Shown in pieces: positions 28,035 through 38,441 of a stretch of DNA of 64,000 nt. The notes under the pieces were generated by a model. It was not told the DNA's origin and made no database searches. It worked only from the letters and a program-made list of their open reading frames with translations. The translations under genes and the position numbers were made by a program. Source of the stretch: Alphaproteobacteria bacterium (GTDB lineage: Bacteria > Pseudomonadota > Alphaproteobacteria > GCA-2746255); assembly GCA_021296325.1 (NCBI GenBank), contig JAGWAR010000006.1:33572-97571 (forward strand). The letters are read 5' to 3'. How positions within the stretch are numbered: position 1 is the stretch's first letter; each line of letters begins with the position of its first letter.

Positions 28035-30635
28035 ATGAGCGTCGTTATCGTCGAATCGCCGGCCAAGGCAAAGACGATCAATAAATATCTCGGCAGCGAC
28101 TATGAAGTCATTGCGAGCTATGGCCACGTGCGCGACCTGCCGCCCAAGACGGGTTCCGTCCTCCCCGATGAGGACTTCGCCATGCGATGGGCCATCGGCT
28201 CGAAGTCCGAAGGGCGCGTGAAAGAGATCGCCAACGCCGTGAAGGGAACGAGTCACCTTTACCTGGCGACGGACCCCGACCGCGAAGGCGAGGCAATCGC
28301 GTGGCACATCCGCGAAGTGTTGCAGGAACGCGGCGTGCTGGAAAACGTCGAGGTGCATCGTGTCGTTTTCCACGAAATCACGAAGTCGGCCGTGCTGGAA
28401 GCTATGCAGCACCCACGCGACCTCGATCACAAACTGATCGAATCCTATCTGGCCCGCCGCGCGCTCGACTATCTGGTCGGCTTCACGCTTTCGCCGGTGC
28501 TATGGCGCAAGCTGCCCGGCAGCCGCTCGGCCGGCCGCGTGCAATCCGTGGCATTGCGCCTGATCTGCGAGCGGGAGGCCGAGATCGAGGTCTTCAAGCC
28601 CCGGGAATACTGGACGATCGAAGCCGCCTTCGAAACGGCGGCGGGCGACAAGGTCCCGGCCAAGCTTACCCAGCTCGACGGCGCAAAGATCGAGAAGTTC
28701 AGCCTCGAGACGGAGGCCGCGGCCAGGGCCGCGCTGGCCCGCCTGGAGCCCCAGGATTTTGCCGTCCAGCGCATCGAACGCAAACAGTCCCACCGCCATC
28801 CGCCGCCGCCCTTCACGACCTCGACCCTGCAGCAGGAAGCCTCCCGCAAGCTCGGCTTTTCCGCGAAGCACACGATGAGCGTCGCCCAACGCCTCTACGA
28901 AGGCCTCGACGTCGGCGGCGACACGGGCGGATTGATTACCTATATGCGAACCGACAGCGTGCAGATCGCCAAGGAAGCCGTCACCGGCGCCCGCGGCACG
29001 ATCGGTGACGAATACGGCAATTCCTACCTGCCGAAAGCGCCGCGCACCTATCGCAGCCACGCCAAGAACGCCCAGGAAGCCCACGAGGCGATTCGCCCGA
29101 CGAATTTCCGCCGCCGGCCGCAGGACATTGCCCGTTCGCTCAACCCGGACCAGGCAAAACTTTACGAACTCATCTGGAAACGCGCAATGGCAAGTCAGAT
29201 GTCGAGCGCGCTGCTCGACAACGTCGCCATCGACATCGAAGGGCCGGACGGCAAGGACGTCTTTCGCGCCACCGGCTCCGTCGTCGCCTTCGATGGATTC
29301 CTTAAACTCTATCAGGAAGGGCGCGACGAACCGAGCGAGGACGAGGAAAGCAAGGAACTTCCCAACGTTTCGGAAAAAGACCCGTTTCCGAAAAAACAGA
29401 TTCAACCGGAACAGCATTTCACCCAGCCGCCGCCGCGTTTTTCCGAAGCAAGCCTCGTGAAGCGACTCGAGGAACTCGGTATCGGCCGGCCTTCGACCTA
29501 TGCCTCGATCATTTCCGTGCTTCAGGACCGCGACTACGTCCGGCTTGAGAAGAAACGCTTCATCCCCGAGGATCGCGGCCGGCTGGTAACTTCCTTCCTC
29601 GCGAATTTCTTCCGGCGTTACGTCCAGTATCATTTCACGGCCGAGCTTGAAGACCAGCTCGACGACGTTTCCGAAGGACGCACGAACTGGAAACAGGTCC
29701 TGCACGACTTCTGGACGAAGTTCGAGGCTTCCGTCGGCGAAACGAAGGATTTGGCGATCAAGGACGTGCTCGACGCCCTGGATGAGGCCCTTGGCCCCCA
29801 CTTCTTCCCGCAGACGGACCCGAACGTCGATCCCCGCCGCTGCCCGGCCTGCAATCAGGGCCGGCTGGCCCTCAAGCTTGGCAAGTTCGGCGCCTTCGTC
29901 GGCTGCTCGACCTATCCGGACTGCACCTATACGCGCCAGCTGGCCGAGGGCCTGCAGGAAAACGGCGGCGGCGCCGTCCTCGAAGGCCCGGTCGAGCTTG
30001 GCCAGGACCCGGAAACCGGCGAGACGGTGAGCCTGCGCAAAGGCCCCTACGGCCTTTACCTGCAGCTTGGCGAGGCGAAGGAGAAAGGCGACAAGCCGAA
30101 GCGGGTATCCCTGCCGCCGGACCGTTCGCCGGACAATATCGAACTCGACTACGCGCTTCAGTTGCTGCGCCTGCCGCGCGAGGTGGGCAAGCATCCCGAG
30201 AACGGCGCGCCGATTCTGGCCGGCATCGGCCGGTATGGCCCCTATGTCCAGCACGAAAAGAATTATCGCTCGCTTCCCACCGTGGATGATGCGCTGACGA
30301 TTGGCCTCAACCGGGCCGTCGACCTGCTGGCGCAACCGGCCAAGCGCGGGCGGGCAGCCAGTGCGCTGCGTACCCTTGGCGACCACCCGGACAACGGAAA
30401 ACCCATCACCGTCCATGACGGCAGGTACGGCCCCTACGTAAAGCACGGCAGCACGAACGCAACCATTCCGAAGGGTAGCTCGCCGGAAACAATCACGCTG
30501 GAAGAGGCCCTGCCGCTGCTCGCCGCGCGCGAGGAAAGAAAAAAGAAGAAAAAGACATCGAAAACCCGTTCAAAAACTGCAAAGAAGAAGAAAGAAAAGA
30601 AGACGGAGACGGACGCGCCGGTTTCTTCCACGTAA
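28035..30635 (+). CDS. topA: DNA topoisomerase I
   Basis: VESPAKAK, DPDREGE, SAGRVQS, LITYMRTDS. Confidence 0.96.
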   Translation: MSVVIVESPAKAKTINKYLGSDYEVIASYGHVRDLPPKTGSVLPDEDFAMRWAIGSKSEGRVKEIANAVKGTSHLYLATDPDREGEAIAWHIREVLQERGVLENVEVHRVVFHEITKSAVLEAMQHPRDLDHKLIESYLARRALDYLVGFTLSPVLWRKLPGSRSAGRVQSVALRLICEREAEIEVFKPREYWTIEAAFETAAGDKVPAKLTQLDGAKIEKFSLETEAAARAALARLEPQDFAVQRIERKQSHRHPPPPFTTSTLQQEASRKLGFSAKHTMSVAQRLYEGLDVGGDTGGLITYMRTDSVQIAKEAVTGARGTIGDEYGNSYLPKAPRTYRSHAKNAQEAHEAIRPTNFRRRPQDIARSLNPDQAKLYELIWKRAMASQMSSALLDNVAIDIEGPDGKDVFRATGSVVAFDGFLKLYQEGRDEPSEDEESKELPNVSEKDPFPKKQIQPEQHFTQPPPRFSEASLVKRLEELGIGRPSTYASIISVLQDRDYVRLEKKRFIPEDRGRLVTSFLANFFRRYVQYHFTAELEDQLDDVSEGRTNWKQVLHDFWTKFEASVGETKDLAIKDVLDALDEALGPHFFPQTDPNVDPRRCPACNQGRLALKLGKFGAFVGCSTYPDCTYTRQLAEGLQENGGGAVLEGPVELGQDPETGETVSLRKGPYGLYLQLGEAKEKGDKPKRVSLPPDRSPDNIELDYALQLLRLPREVGKHPENGAPILAGIGRYGPYVQHEKNYRSLPTVDDALTIGLNRAVDLLAQPAKRGRAASALRTLGDHPDNGKPITVHDGRYGPYVKHGSTNATIPKGSSPETITLEEALPLLAAREERKKKKKTSKTRSKTAKKKKEKKTETDAPVSST

Positions 30636-30652
30636 CCCAACGGTCGAGGTCA

Positions 30653-32908
30653 GTGTCTACGCAGAAACGCCCGTCTGACAGTTTCCCGAGCGAAGACGAA
30701 ATCCTCGATTTCATCCGAGAAAGTTCCTCGCCTGTCGGCAAGCGTGAAATTTCGCGCGCCTTCCGGCTTTCCGGCAACGATCGCATCCGGCTCAAGGCAA
30801 CCCTGAAACAGATGATCGAGGAAGGTCGGATTGCGCGAACCGCAAGCCGGCTCCTTGTCATCCCGGAAGGCCTGCCGCCGGTGGCCGTGCTCGAAATCAC
30901 CGGCACGGATTCGGACGGCGAGGTCATGGCCCGGCCCCTTGCCTGGGAGGAATCGGAACCACCACCGGCGATCTACGTCGCCATGGAACGACGCGGCCGG
31001 GCGGCGCTGTGGCCGGGCGAGCGGATTCTCGCCCGCGTCCGGCAAACCCGGGACGGCGCTTACGCGGCGCGAATCGTCCGGCGCATTGGGGCGGCGCCGG
31101 ACCGCATCCTGGGCGTCCTCGAGGAAACCTCCGGCGGCCTGCAACTGGTGCCGACGGACCGCCGGCACAAACACGTATACGTCCTCAACCGCGGCGACCT
31201 CGGCGGCGCCCGCGCCGGCGAACTGGCCCTGGCCGAAGTCACCCACAGCTCGAGACGAACCCGCGAGGCCCGCATCGTCGAAACCTTCGGCCCCTCGGAT
31301 AAGCCCTCGGCCGTCAGCCTGATCGCCATCCAAAGCCACGACATCCCGACGGAGTTTGCGCCCGAAGCGCTGGCCCTCGCCAAACGGGCCACCGCCGCCG
31401 GGCTGGATGGCCGGCGCGACCTTCGCGACATTCCCCTGGTGACGATCGACGGCGCCAATGCCCGCGACTTCGATGACGCCGTCTGGGCGGAAGCCGACAG
31501 GGACCCGGCCAATCCCGGCGGCTGGCACCTGCTGGTCGCCATCGCTGACGTTGCCCACTACGTGCGCCCGGGCGATGCGCTCGACCGCACGGCCTATACG
31601 CGCGGCAATTCCGTCTATTTCCCGGATCGGGTCGTGCCGATGCTGCCGGAACAACTTTCCAACGGCTGGTGCTCGCTCAAGCCCGGCGAGGACCGGCCCT
31701 GTCTCGCAGCCCATCTCTGGATCGACCGCGAGGGCAAATTGCAGCGGCACGAATTCGTCCGTGGCCTGATGCGCTCGGCGGCGCGGCTCACCTACGAACA
31801 GGTCCAGCGGGCCGAGGACGGTTTTGCGGACGCGACGACGAAGCCGCTGCTCGATCCCGTGCTGAAGCCGCTTTACGGGGCGTATCTGGCACTGAAATCG
31901 GCCCGCGCCGAACGCGGCACGATCGAGCTTGACCTGCCGGACCGCGAGGTCGTGCTTGATGACACCGGCGAGCTTGTCACCATCCGCAGCGCCTCGCGTT
32001 TCGAGTCGCACCGCCTGATCGAGGAATACATGATCCTCGCCAACGTGGCCGCCGCCGAAACGCTTGAGAAACGCCGCGCGCCCTGCCTTTACCGCGTCCA
32101 CGACACGCCGCCCGAAAACAAGCTGGAACCGCTGCGGGAATTCCTAAGCTCGCTCAACATCCGGTTGGCCAAGGGCCAGGTACTGCGCCCGCACCACTTC
32201 AACCACATCCTGCACAAAGCGGCCGGCACGCCCTATGCGGAGATCATCAACCTCGTCGTGCTGCGCAGCCAGTCGAAGGCGGAATACGGCCCCGAAAATC
32301 ACGGCCATTTCGGGCTCGCCCTTCGCCGGTACTGCCACTTCACCTCGCCGATCCGCCGCTACGCGGATTTGATCGTGCACCGTTCGCTTATCCGCTCGCT
32401 CAACTTCGGGCCGGACGGCATCGCGGCGGAAACCGAATCGAAACTTGCCGACATCGGCGAGCATATCTCGCTCACGGAGCGCCGGGCCGAAACGGCCGAG
32501 CGGGACGCCATCGACCGCTACGCCACCCTGTATTTGAAGGACCGGGTCGGCGCCCAGTTCTCCGGCCAGATCGCCGGCGTGACGCGCTTCGGCCTTTTCA
32601 TCACCCTCGACGAAACCGGCGCCGACGGCTTTGTCCCCATCCGGACCCTAGGCTGGGAACGCTTCGTCCATGACGAGGTGCACCACCGCCTCACCGGCGA
32701 GCGAAGCGGCCTTACCTTTCGCCTCGGCGACCGGGTGCGGGTGCAGCTTGCCGAGGCGAACACGGCGACCGGCAGCCTGCTGTTCAAGCTCATCGAGGGG
32801 GGCGCGGTCGAAAAGGGGCGCGCGCGGGCCGCCAGGAGCCAAAAACCGCGGGCAAAGCACCCCCGCAGCGCCAGGAAAAGAAAGGCCCGGGCACGCCGAA
32901 AGCGCTAG
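30653..32908 (+). CDS. rnr: Ribonuclease R
   Basis: TIDGANARDFDDA, HFTSPIRRYAD, S1 domain, basic tail. Confidence 0.93.
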   Translation: MSTQKRPSDSFPSEDEILDFIRESSSPVGKREISRAFRLSGNDRIRLKATLKQMIEEGRIARTASRLLVIPEGLPPVAVLEITGTDSDGEVMARPLAWEESEPPPAIYVAMERRGRAALWPGERILARVRQTRDGAYAARIVRRIGAAPDRILGVLEETSGGLQLVPTDRRHKHVYVLNRGDLGGARAGELALAEVTHSSRRTREARIVETFGPSDKPSAVSLIAIQSHDIPTEFAPEALALAKRATAAGLDGRRDLRDIPLVTIDGANARDFDDAVWAEADRDPANPGGWHLLVAIADVAHYVRPGDALDRTAYTRGNSVYFPDRVVPMLPEQLSNGWCSLKPGEDRPCLAAHLWIDREGKLQRHEFVRGLMRSAARLTYEQVQRAEDGFADATTKPLLDPVLKPLYGAYLALKSARAERGTIELDLPDREVVLDDTGELVTIRSASRFESHRLIEEYMILANVAAAETLEKRRAPCLYRVHDTPPENKLEPLREFLSSLNIRLAKGQVLRPHHFNHILHKAAGTPYAEIINLVVLRSQSKAEYGPENHGHFGLALRRYCHFTSPIRRYADLIVHRSLIRSLNFGPDGIAAETESKLADIGEHISLTERRAETAERDAIDRYATLYLKDRVGAQFSGQIAGVTRFGLFITLDETGADGFVPIRTLGWERFVHDEVHHRLTGERSGLTFRLGDRVRVQLAEANTATGSLLFKLIEGGAVEKGRARAARSQKPRAKHPRSARKRKARARRKR

Positions 32909-32916
32909 AATGTGCC

Positions 32917-34437
32917 ATGGGCAAAAGCCATAAGAAGAAGTGGGGACCACCTCCTCCCTCTTCGGTGCTGGTGGTCGCCTCGCTTCTTTTTTCGGCCTGT
33001 GCGGCCGAACGGCCCCTTTCCGAAGTGCCCCCCGCCGACACGCCGGCCGCCGTCTTCGCGGCGGGGTATGGCGGCATCGTCGCCAAGTACATCGAGCCGA
33101 GAACGGCCCGCGAACTAGCGCTCGAAAGCCTCGAGGGCCTTGCCGATGCCGACCCGGCGCTGAACCTCAAGGTCCAGGGCCGCTTGCTTCGCTTGAGCCG
33201 GGACGACCGTCTGCTCCGCGTGGGCGTTGCGCCGCCGCCCCAAAGCATCGATGGCTGGGCCGACCTCAGCGCGGATTTTCTCGCCGTCTCCCTGGCTAAT
33301 CAGCCCGCCGGCGCCGATCGGGACGCCTTCATGGCGGCGATGTTCGATCGCGCGCTTGGCTCGCTCGACGAATATTCACGCTACGCCGCCGCGCCGCAGG
33401 CACAGCGCCAGCGCGAAAAACGCAAAGGCTATAGCGGCGTGGGCCTGCATGTGCACGCCTTCGAAGGGGTCGTGCTGGTGACGGACGTGATTCCGGGCAG
33501 TCCCGCCAACAAGGCCGGCATCCGAACCTCGGACGAATTGCTGAAAATCAACGGCCTTTCCGTCGACGGCCTCGACATCGATGACGTCCATGACTGGCTT
33601 CGCGGTCCTGTCAGCAGCCGGCTCGACCTTGTCCTGCGACGGCCGGATGCGGCCGAACCCTTCGAGGTGACGCTTCACCGCCGCCACATCTTCGCGCCCA
33701 CCGTCGAATACAAGCACCGCGATTCGATCGCCCACATCCAGCTCAGCGGCTTCAACCGCGACACCGCCCGCAGCCTCACCCGCCATTTGCAGAAGATCCC
33801 CGAAAAAACCGGCAAGCCGCTTCGGGGAATCGTGTTTGACCTGCGGGACAACCCCGGCGGCCTCATGGATCAGGCGATTGCCGTCGCCGACCTGTTCCTC
33901 GAATCGGACGGGATCATCTATACGCGCGGGCGGCATCCGAACAGCAGCCAGACTTATAGCGCCGCACCGGGCGATATCAGCGGCGGCGTCCCGATGGTCG
34001 TGCTGCTGAACGGCAAAAGCGCCTCTTCCGCCGAGATCGTGGCCGCCGCGCTTCAGACCCGGCATCGTGCGCTTGTCGTCGGCAGTCGGTCTTATGGCAA
34101 GGGCACCGTCCAGACGGTCATCCCCCTGCCGAACGGCGCTGAAATCACGCTTACCTGGTCGCTTCTCTACACGCCTTCCGGCGAGCCCCTGAACCAGCTC
34201 GGCGTCCTGCCGGACATCTGCACGGCGGGGCTGAAGGAAAAGGCGCCCAGCCCGCTGCGCGCACTGGCCGGCGGCAAATCCGCCGGAAAAACGGCCTGTC
34301 CCACCGCCCATGCGGAAAGCCCGCTGGACCTACCCATCGCCGAGGAACTTCTGGGAAACGCCGCCCTCTACGCAAGCTTGCTGCAGGAAACCCACGAGGA
34401 AATCGCCGCCACGGCCAAGCCGCCGCCCGGGAATTAG
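32917..34437 (+). CDS. S41 (CtpA-like) carboxy-terminal protease with PDZ domain
   Basis: DLRDNPGG, SASSAEIV (Ser), SYGKGTVQ (Lys); lipobox-like LFSAC. Confidence 0.85.
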   Translation: MGKSHKKKWGPPPPSSVLVVASLLFSACAAERPLSEVPPADTPAAVFAAGYGGIVAKYIEPRTARELALESLEGLADADPALNLKVQGRLLRLSRDDRLLRVGVAPPPQSIDGWADLSADFLAVSLANQPAGADRDAFMAAMFDRALGSLDEYSRYAAAPQAQRQREKRKGYSGVGLHVHAFEGVVLVTDVIPGSPANKAGIRTSDELLKINGLSVDGLDIDDVHDWLRGPVSSRLDLVLRRPDAAEPFEVTLHRRHIFAPTVEYKHRDSIAHIQLSGFNRDTARSLTRHLQKIPEKTGKPLRGIVFDLRDNPGGLMDQAIAVADLFLESDGIIYTRGRHPNSSQTYSAAPGDISGGVPMVVLLNGKSASSAEIVAAALQTRHRALVVGSRSYGKGTVQTVIPLPNGAEITLTWSLLYTPSGEPLNQLGVLPDICTAGLKEKAPSPLRALAGGKSAGKTACPTAHAESPLDLPIAEELLGNAALYASLLQETHEEIAATAKPPPGN

Positions 34438-34526
34438 GCCATCTCCCCTCCCCCCTTGACAGAACCCGTCCAGCGGCTAAGTTGGCGGCCCCGAAGCGGG
34501 ATCACGGCGTCCAGGGACCCTGAAAA

Positions 34527-34697
34527 ATGGCGAAATCGAAGAACACGGTTCTGATCAAGCTCGCGAGTACGGCCGACACCGGCTATTACTATCTGCGCAA
34601 GAAGAACCCGAAAAAACTGACCGAAAAGATCGAACTCAAGAAGTACGATCCCGTCGCCCGCAAACACGTTCTTTTCAAGGAAACGAAGTTGAAATAG
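34527..34697 (+). CDS. rpmG: 50S ribosomal protein L33 (absent from the ORF track)
   Basis: Manual translation [22 protein letters not shown]...[19 protein letters not shown]; TTGACA at 34456 upstream. Confidence 0.95.
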   Translation: MAKSKNTVLIKLASTADTGYYYLRKKNPKKLTEKIELKKYDPVARKHVLFKETKLK

Positions 34698-34725
34698 GCC
34701 GGCCCTCCCGGCCTGCCCGTTTATG

Positions 34726-34749
34726 ACCGCCTGCGGGCGGTTTTTTATT
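34726..34749 (+). terminator. Rho-independent terminator after rpmG
   Basis: ACCGCC-TGCG-GGCGGT hairpin followed by a T-run. Confidence 0.8.
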
Positions 34750-34763
34750 AGCCGGACTTGCGA

Positions 34764-36173
34764 CTAGGCAAAACGCTCTATGTCGCTCTCGTCGTCCTCG
34801 TCGTCCAGCACCCACACCTTGTTGCGTCCCAATTCCTTGGCCTTGTACATGGCGTGGTCGGCCCGCTTGAGCAGCGCCTCGGCCGTATCGGTCGGGCCGG
34901 TAATCTGGGCGCAGCCAAGACTCACGGTAACGGGGATGCGCTCGCCCCCGCTTACGACGATCGGAAGATCGGAAAGTCTGGCGCGGACACGCTCGGCCGT
35001 TGCCCGCACGAACTGCATCGAACAGTCCGGCATGACGACGACGAATTCCTCTCCGCCCAAGCGTGTAACCAGATCAAAGCTTCGGACGTTGTCGCGGACA
35101 CGTTTCGCCACTTCTTTCAGGACGTCGTCGCCCGTCGCATGACCGTAGCGGTCGTTCACGTCCTTGAAGTGATCGATATCGACCATGATGACGGTCAGAT
35201 CCTTCATGTCATGGATGGCTTCCTGCATCATCCGGGGCAAATGGGTCTCCAGGTACCGCCGGTTGTAGAGACCGGAAAGGCTGTCCGTGATCGCCATCGC
35301 CAGCGTGTCACGGTAGTCGCTGTTCAACCGGTCCTGGTAACGCCGGTGACGGACCTGCGTGCGGCTACGCAGGATAAGCTCGCTGGTCTCGATGGGACGG
35401 ACCAGGTAGTCGTTGACGCCAAGCTCGAACGCTTTTGCCAGAATTTCTTCTTCACGCTCCTCGACGAGGACAAGGATCGGCAGGTTGCGAAGCTCTTCGC
35501 GTGCCCGCAACTGGGCAACCAGCCTTAGCGAATCCTCTTTCAGCAGGTCCAGGCTCAGGATGACGATCTCGTAGGAATCTTCCAGCGCCGAATCGATCGC
35601 GACCGTGCCGTCTTCGAACACGGCCACGTCGTCGTCCATCCGGGTCTGCAGGATTTCCCGGATATGGCTGGCACTGTCCGCGTTGTCCTCGATCAAAAGC
35701 ACGCTTGCCTTGCTGGCATCCTCTCTGGCAATGGCCGGGATGCCGTATTCAAGGCCGAGCTGTTCATAGGTTTCCGCCCGGCTCTGGAAGGCGTCCATCA
35801 TCATCTTGAGGCGCGTCAGGTTGCGTACCCGTGCCAGCAATGCCTTGTCGTTGACCGGTTTTGTCAGAAAGTCGTCGGCGCCCGCCTCAAGCCCCTGAAT
35901 GCGATCCTTCGATTCGCTCAACGCCGTTACGATGACGATCGGGATATGGGGGGTTTTCGGATTCGATTTTACCTTCTCGCAGACCTCGAAACCGCTCATG
36001 CCAGGCATCATGACATCCAACAGCACGATGTCGGGCGCCTCCTTCTCGATCCGCTCGAGCGCGGAGGGGCCGTCTTCCGCCGTCATGACCTCGAAATATT
36101 CGCTTGAAAGGCGCGCTTCCAGCAACTTTACGTTGGCCGGCATGTCATCGACGATTAGGACGCGTGCAGTCAT
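34764..36173 (-). CDS. pleD: PleD response regulator diguanylate cyclase
   Basis: REC-REC-GGEEF architecture, RSFD I-site, downstream of divK. Confidence 0.92.
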   Translation of the reverse strand: MTARVLIVDDMPANVKLLEARLSSEYFEVMTAEDGPSALERIEKEAPDIVLLDVMMPGMSGFEVCEKVKSNPKTPHIPIVIVTALSESKDRIQGLEAGADDFLTKPVNDKALLARVRNLTRLKMMMDAFQSRAETYEQLGLEYGIPAIAREDASKASVLLIEDNADSASHIREILQTRMDDDVAVFEDGTVAIDSALEDSYEIVILSLDLLKEDSLRLVAQLRAREELRNLPILVLVEEREEEILAKAFELGVNDYLVRPIETSELILRSRTQVRHRRYQDRLNSDYRDTLAMAITDSLSGLYNRRYLETHLPRMMQEAIHDMKDLTVIMVDIDHFKDVNDRYGHATGDDVLKEVAKRVRDNVRSFDLVTRLGGEEFVVVMPDCSMQFVRATAERVRARLSDLPIVVSGGERIPVTVSLGCAQITGPTDTAEALLKRADHAMYKAKELGRNKVWVLDDEDDESDIERFA

Positions 36174-36187
36174 ATTGCCCCGTTGTC

Positions 36188-36553
36188 CTAGCTTAAGACC
36201 TTCTGGATGGTTTGCAGAAAGTGGGGGACTGAAATCGGTTTTGCGATATAGGCCTCGCAGCCACCTTCCCGGATTTTTTCTTCGTCACCCTTCATCGCAA
36301 AGGCGGTAACCGCGATGACGGGAATCGATTTCAGGTCCATGTCTTCCTTGATCTGTTTTGTAATGGCCAGACCGGAGACTTCCGGCAACTGAATGTCCAT
36401 CAGCACGAGATCGGGCCGTTCCTTGCGTACGATCTCCAGCGCCTCGTAACCGTCTTTCGTCTGCAACGTGCGATAGCCGTTCGCCACCAGAAGATCTTGG
36501 AAGAGCTTCATGTTCAATTCGTTGTCTTCAACGATCAGGATGGTCTTCGGCAT
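36188..36553 (-). CDS. divK: Single-domain response regulator DivK
   Basis: [41 protein letters not shown]. Confidence 0.92.
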   Translation of the reverse strand: MPKTILIVEDNELNMKLFQDLLVANGYRTLQTKDGYEALEIVRKERPDLVLMDIQLPEVSGLAITKQIKEDMDLKSIPVIAVTAFAMKGDEEKIREGGCEAYIAKPISVPHFLQTIQKVLS

Positions 36554-36595
36554 CGCCTGAATCCTTGTTTGTCCCCTAGGTCTTAAACCGGGATG

Positions 36596-36611
36596 GTTAG
36601 CATATTGTTAA
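36596..36611 (-). promoter_or_regulatory. CtrA-like box upstream of divK
   Basis: TTAA-N7-CTAAC on the minus strand. Confidence 0.55.
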
Positions 36612-36678
36612 GCTTTTTCGCCCCGCCGGCCGGTTTGGCCCGGCCGATTCCGCCAAAAACGGCGGAAGCCTTGGGGTT

Positions 36679-37497
36679 CTAGCAGTCAGGCTGGGGCAGC
36701 CAGTCGATCCGCTCGAGCGTCCCGATAATCGTGAAATCCCCATGATCGAAGACCATGCGCTCGGCGATGCCGGACTCCAGCAGGCGAATGCTGATTTCGA
36801 CTTCCGGCACGGCATCGCCGGTGCCGAAGGGAAAATAAGCCAGCCGCATCGGCCAGCCGCGCTCGCCGGCCAGCCGGCCAAGGCTTGCCTCCCCTTCCGC
36901 CGGCTTGGCGATGAAGGGCTTTCCGATGAAGGCGTTGACGTCGTACAGGCCGTCCACCTTCGTCCCGTCATAGAGGGGCGCCTCGTAAATCTGCGTGCCG
37001 GCCTCGGCCTGTTCCAGCAGGCCAAGCAAATGCTCGGTCGGAAAACGGACGGATGCCGGCAGGGCGAGGCTCGTTTTCGACGGCTTCGAGAAGGTGACGC
37101 GGCCCGCCTCTCCCCGCGCCGGGAAAGTCGCCCGGCCAAGCAGCTCTTCCTGGATCTGCCCGTTGCTTCGGTGCACGTAATTGAAGTGAAACTGCAACCC
37201 GTCGCGGGATTCCCAGCTCGTATAGTGTACGTCGGCCAGGAATTCGTCGCCCCGGCTGTTCAGCAGGACCAGCCGCGTGCCCTGCACGGATTCCCATCCT
37301 TCGCAGGATTCGGTCAGCTCCATGACCATGCCGCCGTTGGCGTCGACGATCTGGCTGGTGTTCTTTACCTCGCCGATTGCGGCCGAGTAATAGGCACGGT
37401 GCGAAGCAAGCTTCGTCCCCGCCAGGGTTTCCTGGAAAGGAAACAGCACGAACAGCAGCAAAAGAACGGGAATGCCTTCCCGACGGACCGTCACCAC
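36679..37497 (-). CDS. eipB: Cell envelope integrity protein EipB (DUF1849)
   Basis: LASHRAYY, CEGW, SWESRDG, FPTEH, WPMRLAYF, C-terminal Cys; GTG start inferred. Confidence 0.8.
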   Translation of the reverse strand: MVTVRREGIPVLLLLFVLFPFQETLAGTKLASHRAYYSAAIGEVKNTSQIVDANGGMVMELTESCEGWESVQGTRLVLLNSRGDEFLADVHYTSWESRDGLQFHFNYVHRSNGQIQEELLGRATFPARGEAGRVTFSKPSKTSLALPASVRFPTEHLLGLLEQAEAGTQIYEAPLYDGTKVDGLYDVNAFIGKPFIAKPAEGEASLGRLAGERGWPMRLAYFPFGTGDAVPEVEISIRLLESGIAERMVFDHGDFTIIGTLERIDWLPQPDC

Positions 37498-37619
37498 GCG
37501 CCTGATCTCCCGTTTCGCCGCCCCTTGAGGCGGGCGGCAAGAAGGTGCCACCCGGAAATTTTTACCCCCTTCGCCGGCGAAGGGCAATCATAACCTATTC
37601 TTTTTACGTGATTTTTTCT

Positions 37620-37635
37620 TGGCATGGGGCTTGCT
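37620..37635 (+). promoter_or_regulatory. sigma54 promoter of the GGDEF gene
   Basis: TGGCAT-GGGGC-TTGCT. Confidence 0.7.
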
Positions 37636-37688
37636 TTCTTAAACCTAGCTATCCGCCATTACGGGTGCACAAAGGAACAAGAACGATT

Positions 37689-38441
37689 ATGACGACGGCG
37701 AAACTGCAATCCGAAACGACGGGCGAAAGATTCCCGGCAAGGAATCTCGCGCAAGGCAAGGGGCCGAAACCTGAGCTTGGCCTGCCCATGGCGAAGCGCC
37801 TGCAGCCGTGGGAAGACCGCCTCCGGGGCGTGAGCCAGCTGACCCTGCTGGAACAGGCCCTGCGGATGGCGTCCGACGCCGAACGCCGGCTGGCCGCCCA
37901 GGCCGACCGCATCGCCCGGCTCGAAGTGCTGACGATGACGGACGAATTGACTGGGCTCCTCAACCGCCGCGGCTTCGACGCCCAGCTCGGCCGCGCACTG
38001 GCCACGGTCAACCGAAACGGATCGACCGGCATCCTGGCCATTTCCGACGTCGACAACTTCAAGGCCATCAACGATCACTACGGCCATCCGATCGGGGACG
38101 AGGTTCTGCGCGAACTCGCCCGGCGGATCCTGGCCAATGTGCGCGAAACGGACTACGTCGCCCGGATCGGCGGCGACGAATTTGCCGTGCTGATGGTTGA
38201 AACGGGCATTGCCTACGGCATGCGCCGGATCAATGCCTTGAGCCAGTTGATCGGGCGCAGCGTCGTAACCCTGAACGGTCATCGCATTCCGGTCCATGTC
38301 AGCTTCGGGATCGAATCCTTCGGTCCGGGCGACCGCAAAAAGGATCTAATCAGCCGGGCCGATGCCGCCATGTTCGACAACAAGCGGCGCAAGCCGGCCA
38401 CCTCCAGTGCGCCAAGCGCATCGCTTGCCGGCAACCGCTAG
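37689..38441 (+). CDS. Diguanylate cyclase (coiled-coil plus GGDEF)
   Basis: DELTGLLNRR, RETD I-site, GGDEF; ATG at 37689 after AAGGA. Confidence 0.88.
   Translation: MTTAKLQSETTGERFPARNLAQGKGPKPELGLPMAKRLQPWEDRLRGVSQLTLLEQALRMASDAERRLAAQADRIARLEVLTMTDELTGLLNRRGFDAQLGRALATVNRNGSTGILAISDVDNFKAINDHYGHPIGDEVLRELARRILANVRETDYVARIGGDEFAVLMVETGIAYGMRRINALSQLIGRSVVTLNGHRIPVHVSFGIESFGPGDRKKDLISRADAAMFDNKRRKPATSSAPSASLAGNR

Noticed and set aside
28500-30446. 648-aa antisense ORF
   Set aside because: Shadow of topA caused by high-GC codon bias; no motifs.
30530-30605. A-rich low-complexity tract
   Set aside because: Encodes the Lys-rich TopA tail; not a repeat element.
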